64,000 bases of DNA from Glycera tridactyla (Eukaryota): NCBI GenBank assembly GCA_965644265.1, contig OZ286460.1, forward strand, positions 98,952,001 through 99,016,000. The letters run 5' to 3'. Positions 10,037 to 22,535 of the stretch are shown here, one piece after another. The notes below the pieces were generated by a model that was not told the origin of the DNA, made no database searches, and saw only the letters and a program-made list of their open reading frames with translations. Position 1 is the stretch's first letter, and the number at the start of each line of letters is the position of its first letter. Made by a program: the position numbers and the translations under genes.

Positions 10037-10116
10037 CGTTTATACACTTTTTGATTTGCCAGAGCACGCCGAAACTCTTTATACGAAAGTGAACCATCTT
10101 TATTAGTATCAAATTC
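10037..10116 (-). CDS. RyR: RyR exon 30a (EF-hand 1 variant) EFDTNKDGSLSYKEFRRALANQKVYK(R)
   Basis: 80 nt, ctaac..ttattttcag| ... CG|gtgtgt, phase 0-2. Confidence 0.92.
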
Positions 10117-10334
10117 CTGAAAATAAGAGTAGGTTAGACTGAACTACCCTATCGACACTAGTATCAAATTCCTGAAAATAAGAGGAGGTTAGACTGAACT
10201 ACAAGAAGAACTGATGACTATGGGTGATGCATAATTTCATGAAAAATATCTGAAAGCTTGAAGGCCGAGTAAACACAAAGCAATCTCAATCTTCACTGAT
10301 GGATTGATTTTTCAACATCATCATGATGGTAGGG

Positions 10335-10654
10335 TGTCCAGTTGCAGCTAACAATTGCTAACATTTTGTAACGAAAACAGGGTATCCCATCCTTTTTTGA
10401 GACACTTGAAATAGAGAATACAGTCAAAACTCTCTATAAAGACCGCCTTCATTTGCATAAAATGTGGCCTTTATAGGGAGGTGGTCTTTATAGAGAGGTC
10501 ATTTGCTGTTAAAATACTACCACAATCGCAGATCAGGGTGGTCTTTAGAGAAAGGTGGTCTTTATAGAGAGGTGGTCTTTAGAGGAGGTTCGACTATATC
10601 TGATGGGGCATTTTGCAAATGTTTTCTCTGTTAGCTCAACTGAACAGCCTGCAG
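10335..10654. mobile_element. R1 copy interrupted by an R2 MITE (10421-10596)
   Basis: The R1 halves rejoin as gaaTAtctgatgggg; TA is duplicated at 10419-10420 and 10597-10598. Confidence 0.8.
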
Positions 10655-11533
10655 ATAATACACAGTAATCTAATAGCTGAAATCCTCACAGCAAAATGAT
10701 TTCTCCATACATGCCAGTGATTTATGTACACCAGAACCTGCGATGATACTCCCTCACACAATCACTCATGGAAGACCACTTTTCAGACACCCTTTTCTAT
10801 CTAATATCATGTAATACACCTCGGATGAGAAACCACTTTTGTAACACCATATTTTTCATCATATATTGTGGTCGAGTAGGGTGGTAACCAGTCACAGGTT
10901 CTACTGTGTATTGTATAAAAAATTCCCTCAGTGGGTAGATAAAGCAGTACCAACAATACAATGACAGAACTAAAAAATCCTAAGTTTATATCCTAAATAA
11001 TTTTGTATTTTGGTCCCTGGTGTATCTATCCTCTATTCAAGACACTTGAATCCAAACCATATCATTGACTGAATGCAGTGGAAGATAAATAGGGTTCTCT
11101 CAAAATGATACCCCTATTTCTACAACTGTGTAGAATGGTGATCACACCATTGCAGCAACATTTCATCAAATGTCAGGATCATTATTCAGTTGCGAATCTA
11201 AGTCCAGCATTGGGTTCATTATTAGGAAAGATTCATTGAAATCCTAACCAGTACCCTATATCAAATGTGTTAAAAATGACCAGGGAAAATTTCAACTGTC
11301 ATAAATTTTCAGCAATCTGTCATTCGACTGAAGACATATCACTTTCTTAGATCAGGGTATGTGACTGGCATCTTGTTTGAAAAATAGTCAACAATTGATT
11401 GTGAACAATTTCAAAGCCAGCACGCATGAAAGTTCAGTCTCTTTCATTGGTAATATTTGGTTCAATTAACGAACTAGATAAATCAGAACATACATTCCTA
11501 TCTCTGATACAAAGTCAAGAAATCACCTCATAT

Positions 11534-11823
11534 GCAGGCTGTTCGGTTGAGCTAACAGAGTGATCATTTTCCAAATCCCCTATCAAATATCTGCCATCTA
11601 AATTGTGTCATAATAGAATGGAGCCCCTGTTTCCATTACAAAACGTCAGCGATTGTTAGCTGCAACTGGACATCCTGCAGGTTGTTCAGTTGCAGCTAAC
11701 ATTTTGAAGGATTACATTACAGCAAACAGGTCCCCATTCTTTTCCGTTGTACTTAGGATGAAAAATACTTGGTTGGGGATATGGCTGATAATTTCTCTGA
11801 TAGCCAAACTGAAAAGCCTGCTG
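11534..11823. mobile_element. Two abutting, oppositely oriented R1 copies (about 290-bp imperfect palindrome)
   Basis: Copies at 11534-11678 and 11677-11823 join at ctgcag. Confidence 0.7.
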
Positions 11824-13055
11824 ATCCTAATATGTAACATCCCCTAGAAGGAATTATGAACATTAAAGTTTTAATACTATTACTATCACCCATGCATCAG
11901 CAGATGTGCAATTGATTGTCTTGTGTCTTACATGGATCACCATACAGGCATGGTGATGAAAGCTTCCTGGGTTTCACATGACTATATATATATGTGTAGA
12001 ATGCCACCCACATGTGTAACTTCGCTTTTTTTCTCTTCAATGTCATAGTTGGTAGAATCCATGCAAACTTGCTGAATGTATGATCAAGTTCTGGTAAAAA
12101 TTAAAACTGAAAAATCTGCCCAGACCATGACAATTAAATTTGTGGGATTTATCTCGCCAATCACATCTCTGGTTAATGAATGGATGGCGTTCCACACAGA
12201 TTATGATATTTGTTTGAATGGTACATTCTTGGTTCAAGTATGTTCAGATATTCATAGTGGATGGCCTGTAATCATTGCAATTAAATAAAAAAAACAGCTG
12301 TAGCGAGATTCCAGAGACAGACAAACAAACAGAAACCTAATGGCAGAGGTCAACATATTGCTTGGAAGTGTTTCAACAAAGACCTGCAGAGTGATCGGTA
12401 GCAGCTGATATTCCCTTGAACCCTCTTATTTTTCATGATAGAAATGTGGTCATTCTAGAGAACTTAGGAAGAAAATTGATTGGGATTTGACCAATGTTTT
12501 CTCCAGCCACTTAACTGAACACTCAGCAGTCTTATACACAATATAAATACAGACATTTTGTGCAGACATTTTGCTATTTTTCACAAACTAAATAATTGAT
12601 ATGCTTCATGACATTCAATGTATATATATGCCCTCTTTAGAATTTCATTCCTTAGTCGGCACTTAAGACCATAAGAATGGGCTTCTTCTCCCTAGATTTT
12701 CCTGGTAAGAATTTTGATGCCTCTCTTTAAAGAGAAAATCATATTTGATAAGACTAAGCTGGTGATGATATTGACCATTTTAAAAGTTAGAACTTTAGGA
12801 CTGACGATGGATCTTCAACATTTTGTAACTCTGATAGAAATGAGCCTGCTGAGTCTCATGAAGACTGGCATATTACAATTCATATTTATCCTGCCAGGCA
12901 ATAACAAAAAGAGTGACGTGAATCAAGCATTCTGGCATCATGATAAAATCATTCAGCACTGAATACATTAAAAATATATGTGATTCAACGCTTGTGATCA
13001 ACTTATCATCCCATACTATGGAGGGAATTTGAAGTCCTGGAAAACTCCCACTCAC

Positions 13056-13121
13056 CATGAATGCCTCGGATGACGTCAGATCTTTCATCTTCAGGAAAAT
13101 GTCAAAGAACTTCAGGATCAT
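13056..13121 (-). CDS. RyR: RyR exon 29 MILKFFDIFLKMKDLTSSEAFM
   Basis: 66 nt, ttctttcag| ... ATG|gtgagt, phase 0-0. Confidence 0.97.
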
Positions 13122-13408
13122 CTGAAAGAAATTGTTGAAAGTGAAGGCATGTAAACAAATAAGAAAAACATCACTCAGTTGTGTAGAAAAAAAGGCCAAA
13201 TATAGCGAAGTTTGAAAATTGCTGATGTCAATAATGTATATAAAAACTATGCATGAGGTATATCGCTATTCTGTCAGTGTTATTATTTTTAAATACTCAT
13301 TTTTGGAAGCAGTCTGAGTCTCAGAATCCGCAGAAAATGTGAAAGCCAATCAGCAATAGGAATATAGATACCAAATCGATTTAGATAATGAGCCCGAAAT
13401 ATACATAC

Positions 13409-13479
13409 CTCAAAGTTTGCTGATGACTCCACCAAGGTGTCTACCATCTGCTTACCAATAGGTCCATTCATCACATTAC
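13409..13479 (-). CDS. RyR: RyR exon 28 (G)NVMNGPIGKQMVDTLVESSANFE
   Basis: 71 nt, phase 1-0, GAG|gtatgt. Confidence 0.97.
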
Positions 13480-13559
13480 CTGGGAACAGACATGCCACAA
13501 GATTCGATGGATAGATATTGATAGATTGATGGATGTGTGGAAGGATGGATAGGCAGACA

Positions 13560-13690
13560 GATGAATGGATGAGCTCCATATGCGATATAGATGGATAGAT
13601 AGATAGATTGCTGGATGGACAGACTGAGACAGAGAGACAGACAGAAAGACAGATAGATAGATGGGTAGGTAGGTAGATAGATAGATTCAT
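13560..13690. repeat. (GATA/GACA/GGAT)n microsatellite
   Basis: Visible tetranucleotide repeats. Confidence 0.9.
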
Positions 13691-14481
13691 GAATAGAGTT
13701 AAATCTGTGAGAGATCCACTGATGAGACCACCTCTGATGGGTGACAACTTTCTCAGGGAAGCTTTTCTATTCAACATAGTCGATAGACAATAGACAGAAC
13801 TTTATTGAAAACAGGCGAGTGCAGTACAGTGATATAGCATGTAATTGTAATATATTTCAAACGATGATTGTTAGGCAAGAGGCCTGATCTAACACTGTTA
13901 CCTGTATACAAAATGATCAATTTGTGATTTCTAGTATGTTGGTTGACTATGATAATCCTAGGTCTCTTTCAAGTACAAGAACTATTGTGAACGATGGGTA
14001 GTAACATGGAATTGCTATTGGAGGTTTCAAACATGCATCCATACTTTGTTCCTGGATATTTTCAAATCAGGTCAAATATACCTCTGACAAAAAACCACTT
14101 TTCACTGACATTTAGGATGGTCTCCCATCACATGTTTCACCGTAAATAGGATTATATGAGACATTTAACAATATAGAGTGGATAATAGATGAAAAAAAAA
14201 GTATAAGTTTCATATATGGGGATCCAGGGCAACTAGTCATGTCATACAGTGGTTGATGATTGATTGATTGATCAAGTAATACCTATCATATCATATTTAT
14301 TTTGAACTGAAGCAATTGGTTAGTTCTCAAACATATGGTCGAGTCAATACTTTGATCGTGAATAATATACTAGTGATACTGCATGAGTACCATTTTTGGA
14401 GAGATATTGAGGGATTCAATCAGTCTTGCGTGTGGGTGCACATGAGAGTCTTGTTCATTGATTGACATAATTCTTCCATAC

Positions 14482-14563
14482 CTTCCAACATTGAGAGCAA
14501 CATGATCATCATTTCCTTTTGAAGGTTCATGAAGTTTCGCAACAGCTCCAGCTGATCAGGATC
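14482..14563 (-). CDS. RyR: RyR exon 27 DPDQLELLRNFMNLQKEMMIMLLSMLE(G)
   Basis: 82 nt, phase 0-1, G|gtatgg. Confidence 0.97.
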
Positions 14564-15068
14564 CTATGGCATATATAAATGAGAAAAAAATGAAAAATGG
14601 GTACATACACTAATCATCGGTAGTGCAATTTGTTGCAGTTTAGTGTCCCCATCCACAGGTGGAATATGTGAATTACAGAAACCTAGACTGAAAAACATCA
14701 TTTCTCAGTTTCTATATTGTGGGAAATGACACCATGCAGCTCTTACAAAGGAGACTGTTTAATAAGTCTTGTTTGAAAGTGATGATGAATCACAGATCAT
14801 AAATCAAAATATCCAAAGCAGATATTCACAGATGAATAACACATAACTGGACAATCTACAATGATCATGATTGTACTTTTACTGAGAGTATGAATCCAGT
14901 CATGATGAACAATGGTGACCCGAGAAGAGGAGTTGAAAACTAATGACCATAATGAAAGCACTGGATATAGCTATGGATTTTTAGTGATGAAAAATGCTCC
15001 TAACAAATGTTCAACATGTGCGCAATATCCTGAAAGGAGAATGTACAAATCATATTCATAACACTGAC

Positions 15069-15173
15069 CTTGGACAGTTTGTCTTGCATATGAGCAAAGA
15101 TGTAGAGGAATCCACCAACTGCATCCCACAACCTACTGTGTGCCAGTGCCAACTGGTTACCAGCACAAGGACC
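15069..15173 (-). CDS. RyR: RyR exon 26 [35 protein letters not shown]
   Basis: 105 nt, phase 0-0, AAG|gtcagt. Confidence 0.98.
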
Positions 15174-15583
15174 CTGAAAGTTACAAATCATAGCTGTGAG
15201 AATAGCTGGCACATATATACGCACAGAAGATACGCTGCAACAGATGTAGGACACAAACCAAGACCATAGATATGTAGCTGAGATCAAGTATGTATATTAC
15301 CCATTTCATCTCCCTTTTGAAATCCTGAGTTACTGAGTGAGGAATAAGCAGTGGCTACACCACCCTTTCAGATTCGAAGACGCACAACAGAATTTCAAAA
15401 TCCTACTGGTTACTGTGTATGAAATAATGATTCATTGCACCACACTATCAAATATACAGGATCACAGCAAATTGCGAAAGTGGGTGTAGCGGCAGCACAG
15501 AGGCAGTGGTTTATCAATTAGGTTTTTCCTTATGTGTCATGATTCTGCAGAGAATCTATTCCAGCTTCTACACCATTGCTCAC

Positions 15584-15801
15584 CTGGATGTACTCAGTGA
15601 TACTTCTGAACAGTTGTGCAGCAACATTGATGGCTCGGATGAAGCTATCTTTACCAGCAGGATCAATTGTTTCTTTCCCTGAGTAGTGCCAGTAGAAGTC
15701 CATGATAGATTCTTGTAGACGAAGCAAGTAGTCAACAGTCGAGATGATCAAGTTGATTGTTGTTGTGTTACCAGCTTGTGTACGCAAATAGTTCTGGAAT
15801 T
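15584..15801 (-). CDS. RyR: RyR exon 25 (E)[11 protein letters not shown]...SITEYIQ (includes the equivalent of the RyR1 Ca2+ ligand E3967)
   Basis: 218 nt, phase 1-0, CAG|gtgagc. Confidence 0.98.
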
Positions 15802-16096
15802 CTGCAAATGGGAAAGGCCTCCAATGAATTGAAATCATGATAAAACAATCAAAAAAGCTAGAAAGATATACAATAAAACCTGTGATGAAAGCCTATTCCA
15901 AATGTGTCCAGAAAGTGTCTCAGAATATCTCGTCTCTCAGTCGAGATATGGGGGACTCATAGCAGGTTCAATGTACTCATATGAGTTGTGTAAATCATTG
16001 GCAAAGGTAATTGTCATATTATCATTAGAGATAAAAACATGAACTATAGCAGCTATCAAATGAATTACAGAGGTGTCTTCTGTGTGAGAAATGTAT

Positions 16097-16280
16097 CCAC
16101 TAGCACATTGGTCCACTGAGTACACGAACCCAGTGCATGCCAACTGGGATATCAATGGCCAGCGGTATGTATGGGAGTCTTTTTCTGTATGCATGTTAAA
16201 GAACCACTGGTGTCCTTTGCAAAAAGTAGGAACAGCCCCTTTTCTTCAGCATTTTCAGTCTGATATAAGCCAATAAGTTT
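16097..16280 (+). mobile_element. Older copy of the SINE at 4971-5175
   Basis: Shares cccagtgcatgcc(a/g)actgggatatcaa and ttcttcagcattttcag. Confidence 0.7.
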
Positions 16281-16330
16281 TTTTTGAGCCTCCATATGGA
16301 GCACCAGCAGATTGATAACTTGGCACTGAC

Positions 16331-16559
16331 CTAAGTTGTGGCCCTCACAAAGCAGCTGCAAGAATCGGAAGAGCTTGATTACATGCTCAGCATCATTGAG
16401 ATTCTTTGATGACTTGGAACCTTCAGCTACGCCTAAGCCTTCTGCTTTGTTGCACCTCTCAAATGCATCAAGGTCGAGTACACTGCACTGCTGCATCAAT
16501 CCAGCCATGGATGTGAAGAAACCAATGTCCTTCTTGTCTTTCAGATGAGCCAACATCCT
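16331..16559 (-). CDS. RyR: RyR exon 24 [15 protein letters not shown]...[11 protein letters not shown] (includes the equivalent of the RyR1 Ca2+ ligand E3893)
   Basis: 229 nt, phase 0-1, G|gtcagt. Confidence 0.98.
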
Positions 16560-16956
16560 CTGAAATCAAAAAAAGTATAGTTTGATAAGCATAATTGGGG
16601 ATAGCGTTCATCCCTTGAAGTCCGATCAAGACACACAATAGATATAATAGCATGATGAAACAAAACAAAATTGCTTCTTGAGTTCCCATGACTCAAATAA
16701 ACATGAACAGATTCCCAGTATGATTCCTGCTATTCGTTATTACTCTCTGGTCGACCAGACATGTGACCGAGATGAAAATTTTCACATAATAACGGGGATT
16801 TAAAGCATATTCTGTAGACTAATTTGTCCATTTGCCACCATGAAAAATCCTGGTGGTATACCACCCCATACATGCTCGACATGAGAAAACTTTCCAGTGA
16901 TACTGACATGCCTGATTGCCTTAAACATTCAGATAGATCCTGTTGATTATACGCAC

Positions 16957-17036
16957 CTTTTGTACATCCACATTACCACCTCGCAGAATGGAGATACCAA
17001 GCTCAATGGTGGAAATCACCATAGGACTCCACTGAC
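16957..17036 (-). CDS. RyR: RyR exon 23 (G)QWSPMVISTIELGISILRGGNVDVQK
   Basis: 80 nt, phase 1-0, AAG|gtgcgt. Confidence 0.96.
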
Positions 17037-17423
17037 CTGATCAACAACATAAATTCAGTCAACATAATAAGGAATATCAAGCACTCTAACCCTACAACAA
17101 CATGGATCATAAATTAGTGTCTCATATCAGTTTCGAGGTCATTTGACTAATCTTATGATGAATGAATTATGCTATTGCTTGGCATTATCACAATACCACA
17201 TGAAAATCTCTATTTCAAATACATTGAGAGGGTATTCCCAAGTTCATATCTAAAAGATTCATACATTATGATGAATAGTAGCTGCCAAACACTGTTCCAT
17301 GCTCCATCTCAACACAGAATACGTCCCGGAACACTGGTTAACATACTGGGGTTTCGAGGCACTGAAAGGATAGATCTCCAATCGCAATTTGATGTAAAAA
17401 TGACCTAAGAAAGAATCACAAAC

Positions 17424-17523
17424 CTTTACTGGCACTGATATACATGAGTGCCATTTCAGCAGCTCCACGGTCAGCAAGGCGAGCCTGCTCTGATAGTAAC
17501 TTCTGCTTCTCCATTTCTTGCTC
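17424..17523 (-). CDS. RyR: RyR exon 22 [33 protein letters not shown](G)
   Basis: 100 nt, phase 0-1, G|gtttgt. Confidence 0.96.
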
Positions 17524-19064
17524 CTGTTAAAGCCATGAGCATATTATGAAACTGAATGAACTGGCATGGGTCAATCTTCCGGACTGATAATCCAATCCTC
17601 TTTTCACATAAGATTATCCGTTTTGTATTATCACATCCATACATTATGATGATGAAGAAATTAGACCAATGACCAAAATGCAATGTACTCATCCACACAA
17701 ATGGATAACACTGCTCACCAATCCCAACTCAATTTGAAAACAGTGAGCACACAAAAGAACAGACAATAGGGATTCATCAAATGTCATCTACTGTTGGCAG
17801 AAGCCAATGCCCTCCCACTGGACACATAACTCATGGAAGAATTATCATGGATATCACACCTAACAATGCTATTCCTAACTACACCCATATCAGTTTACTG
17901 TACATACGAACAAATAATTCAACTTTATATACATATAATTAACCCTGACTCTCCTCTTAAAAATTTAATTTGACATACATATAATCAACCCCTGACTCTC
18001 CTCTCAAAGAGCAAGATTTTGGATGATGTCCCAAGCTTGAGGCATCACTCAACATGCAATTCTGTAGTTCCAACTAGCCTAAAAAAAATCGTATCCGACG
18101 GAATAATCTTTTTTTGCAACTCTGTGGCAATGTGTATTACAACCTGAATGTCCACTCCTCTCAAATTCAAACATTTCCTTAGTTCCATTGCTTCCGTCAA
18201 GTTCCAGGCCATTTTACATGAAGTGAACAAAGCCTCTGTCTCCTGATATACATGTATTGTTTTTCGTGATACCAATTTTGATCAATGGCTAGATGGTATC
18301 AATGGGCATGTCAACATCCAGAATACAATCAAATACAGAAAAATGCAATGATATCATGATGAAAATTGAAAAATAAAATGAAAGGATTAATTACATCTAG
18401 ATCATCCAGAGATGAATACATATTTCAAATGAACAGAATTATATGTCACATGGTAAACTAGGGAAAGAGAATCAAAGGTTCACACAGGGTTCTACAACAA
18501 TACTGATTCAGTAAGAAACATTACCCAATATAAATATAATTCAGAAAAAGGGTCATGAAATATTTCTCAAAACACGACATGAGGCACATCAGTTTTGTAT
18601 TATTAAAGAGTGTTATGAGTGATGAGATTTGGCAGAAAGCCAGAGATTCTCATCAATGTGGAGAGGATTTCCATATATCACACATGTCAGAGAGCAATCA
18701 GGAGTTCATGAAGTTATCATGCAATTTATCAATATCCTATGTCACTATTCCATATTGACATCATATTGAATGGAAATAGTCGATGAAATATATTACATCA
18801 ATAAAAGTAAACGATTTCATTGAAATTCATAAAAAAATCCCAATGTAATGATCGCAGAAAATGTTGGTGCCCAGATGGCTATATGGATGGAAATTTAGAA
18901 ATAAACTCAAAGTTTGTTGCAACACCAACATGCAAGATATGGATTATAACTTGTGAAAAATGAAGTTCTGTTATATTGGGCAGCTATGTTCGATACAACA
19001 GACAGTATATGCATGCACAGTACTGAAACAATGAAAACATTCACAAATAGGTGTATTATGCAAA

Positions 19065-19068
<4 letters not shown>

Positions 19069-19138
<70 letters not shown>
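19069..19138. repeat. (TG)n microsatellite
   Basis: About 35 TG units. Confidence 0.98.
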
Positions 19139-19140
<2 letters not shown>

Positions 19141-20065
19141 TGGTTGCATGTGCATTTGTTAGTGTGTATGTGTAGTATTGTATATGTGTGCATTCTACTT
19201 TTTCGATTTAATAAGGTGGACAGTACAACAATTAGAAGCTGAAATATACCCTTAAAATATCTCCTGCCAGCTGGTGGAAACACAGGAGAAAGAGAACCAT
19301 GATGTGTTTTTTTCAGTTTTAGGATGTTAACAATAAAATCATAAATTCAAATTCCTAACTATCGAAGTTAAGAATGATGCCTGGGTCCTGTTCATACATC
19401 AGCTGAATCTTTCACATGGTTGTACCAACCAACCGAGTGTCCAGTGTGTTTCATTTCAATGGTGTTTTGGTCAAAATTTATCATGTACAACATATGTCAC
19501 TCAGTGGTGAAACCATCTGAAGCCTATCCAAACAATTGCATGAGAAAATGGCGCATATTCTATTAAGATAAGATTTTTGAAGGGTTTCATACACAAAGAT
19601 GAGATCCAGCCTTGATGGTTTATTGGATTGCAACTGCCATGAACTGACTGCCATCTGGGACAAGTTTGGCTGGGTGACAATTGTAGCAAACTGTTGACAA
19701 TCTCGTGTCCGACTTGTGACTATGTTGACAAATTGTTAACAATTCGCGGACATACCCGCAAGGTTGTCTTTGCCTGTCGATGATGTCACCTCTATCATTT
19801 ACTGAAGGCAGTGATCATCCCACCACCTGAATCGTCAAGTTTGCTACAATTGTAAGCTCATACCCCCGAAACGCACGTGTGGGATAAACAAGATTGCAAC
19901 AATTTAGACCAGCCAAAATTCTCCCTGGCAGAGTAACTTTGTTGACAAATGCAAGCGACACCTCACAGAAATGTTCAACCATGGTGCCATCCAATGTTAA
20001 CCACTGCACTCATCCATGAACTATTCTACCAATGAATTGACTTGACATTGCAGGTAGATACATAC

Positions 20066-20134
20066 CTGGAGCGAAGCACCTGCATCTCCTTCCTCACCCT
20101 CTTCTTCCTCCTCATCATCTTGGCCATGACAGCT
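20066..20134 (-). CDS. RyR: RyR exon 21 SCHGQDDEEEEEGEEGDAGASLQ
   Basis: 69 nt, phase 0-0, CAG|gtatgt. Confidence 0.94.
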
Positions 20135-20697
20135 CTACAAATATATCCAATAATAACAGTGACATAGTCTGAAAAACCATTCAAATTGTTAGGATTGAGA
20201 TGGCAAAAGTGGTACATTTTTCAACTAAATATCTGTATGTTTTGATTTCAGTATCACTCGCTATTGGATGTGAACATGCTTCAAGCAATACGACTGAAGA
20301 TGTAAATCAATGAAGTGATCCATTCTTACCTAAAATAATATTGTAATAAAATAATGGGTAATAAACCCCAAAAGTAGATAGATGAGTATGTCCTGCTATA
20401 GCCAATATCAGACTGGAACTTTCATGAGGGGGAATAAAGCCATTTTCCTGCAAGCACCATCCTGAATTCAATTAGTAGGGACTGCTCAGTTCATACACAT
20501 CCCAACTCACATGAAACATTGCAACTGACTGAACGTCAAGACATGGAATGGAATAAGTCATTATCAGCTTTGGATGACAATTTACTCGATTGAATGCATG
20601 ATATCTGCTTTCACTTGTAACCCTTTCCAGAAATTTGTCAGACATGTTTGAATTGGAAGACTTCACTGAGTTTCTGCTTCCATAGAAAAAGACTCAC

Positions 20698-20874
20698 CTG
20701 TCCCATGATATCTGCATATGTGATGTATAGGAAATCCTTCTCCAGAACCTCGAGTTGTTCAATGGTAGCTGCGCGACTGAATGCTGTGATCAGCTGACCA
20801 AGTGGTTTGGGCTCTTCAGGAGCATCAGGATTTGGCTCTTCGGCTCCCTCTTCTTCTTCCTCTCCTCCACCTCC
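20698..20874 (-). CDS. RyR: RyR exon 20 GGGGEEEEEG...PKPLGQLITAFSRAAT...YADIMGQ
   Basis: 177 nt, phase 0-0, CAG|gtgagt. Confidence 0.96.
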
Positions 20875-21800
20875 CTGGGAATGCAATCAGAGGGTTAACA
20901 ATGAATTATTGCAGATACAGTATGTATGAACCCTTTGACAAGCAGTGGAAGAAATGATGCTAGAATTTGCTTGCATGATACAGGAGTTCCCTCACTGTGG
21001 ACATACCAATTTATTGTGAGAAGGTTACTATCAATATCAAAGAAACTGAGGATTTTTCAACCTAATATTGGTTTAGTTACTCTTCTAAATATCCAGGATT
21101 TGAGCCTCCTCTATAATATTATATATCTCATCTGTCGTAGGGCATCATTTAGGGTGGGGATGTAGTACTAGTATCTTTACATATGTGAAAAAGTAAATGG
21201 ACTGCCACTGCAGCTGGTTAAGGGACAGGTGATCGATCATAAGGGAGGTGTGAGGACAGCTAGCTTGTGTGCTGTATCCACGAAGCCAATCTAGCTTGCG
21301 GAATATTTGCCAGGTCTGTCTACCTAACCCCCCCCCCCCACCCCATCATTATTGAGGTGAAACTACAAATCAGGTGCAAGCTGTACATCACCAGGGCTGC
21401 TGATGGTGTGACCAGCTGATTATGACCACAGAACAAAGGTTCCATGTGATGCTGGACATATGCACAAACAAGTATAAGGAATATCCCTCCTCAGCATATA
21501 CAGTCAAACAGAGGTGGAAATTCATGCCTCGCCAAGACTTTGATCCTAGTGTAGTGATGGCACCTTGAACACAAACAAGTCACCATGATATATCTCCTCG
21601 GAATACTTGGCATGCAAGCACAAGAGGTGCATAACAAGATTCAATGACTGTTCGGAATGTACCCGACCAAGATATGACTCTCAATCCCAAAACAGCGGGA
21701 TTGAGTAGCTCAGAACATTGTGGGCCCTGACAGTGTTCCTGGTCTGAAATGAATCCATCAGTTGAAGAACGCCATACAAATGAAAATCCTATCCACATAC

Positions 21801-21894
21801 CGTGATATCTGCAATGAGATTGTAATGCCCAGGATGCTCTCTCATCAACCACTGATTTTTGTATCCACCGATGAAGAGGTTGATAGCACGATGT
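21801..21894 (-). CDS. RyR: RyR exon 19 (R)HRAINLFIGGYKNQWLMREHPGHYNLIADIT
   Basis: 94 nt, phase 2-0, ACG|gtatgt. Confidence 0.95.
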
Positions 21895-22535
21895 CTGCAA
21901 TATGTGAAGGGAAACAGTAACAAGATAGTAAATCAGAGTCCCCACAGGATTCGGTAAGTGAGATTTTATGGCTTTTGGCCGACCTGAATCTCATTTTTAC
22001 TGACCTTCCACATAATTGCACAATTCATTCACTAGTCCACCTCCATCATCTCATATTGTTATCATTTTGCAGTGTTGGCATACATTTTATATGCAGACGT
22101 CATCAAAATACCAACTTTTTATCGATCCATAAGGGCCAAAGAAATACCTAATGTAGATTCACTGCCTCAGGATAATCCGCACTGAAGGAGAATAATCATG
22201 TACACATAATTTTTGAGGCAGACATAGTATTTTCTGCGAAGTTAGTATAACATTCAAATGACTCTTTAGAATGCCATAAACTACTCCAGTAGGCTGTAAG
22301 GTTGCAGCTAGCAGTTTTGAAATATGTAGTAATGGAAACAATATTCCCTTCTGTTTTACACACTAAAGATTGAGAATATTTGTCTAATGTTTTTTCTACT
22401 GCCAATGTTTTTTCTACTGGGAAAACTGAAAAGCCCACTGCTTCTCTATGTAGTTGCCAATTAAATCCAAAATATCCAAAAATTTCACCCAATATTACAT
22501 ACATGGGAATGTCTTGTGTCCCATAAAACACTGAC

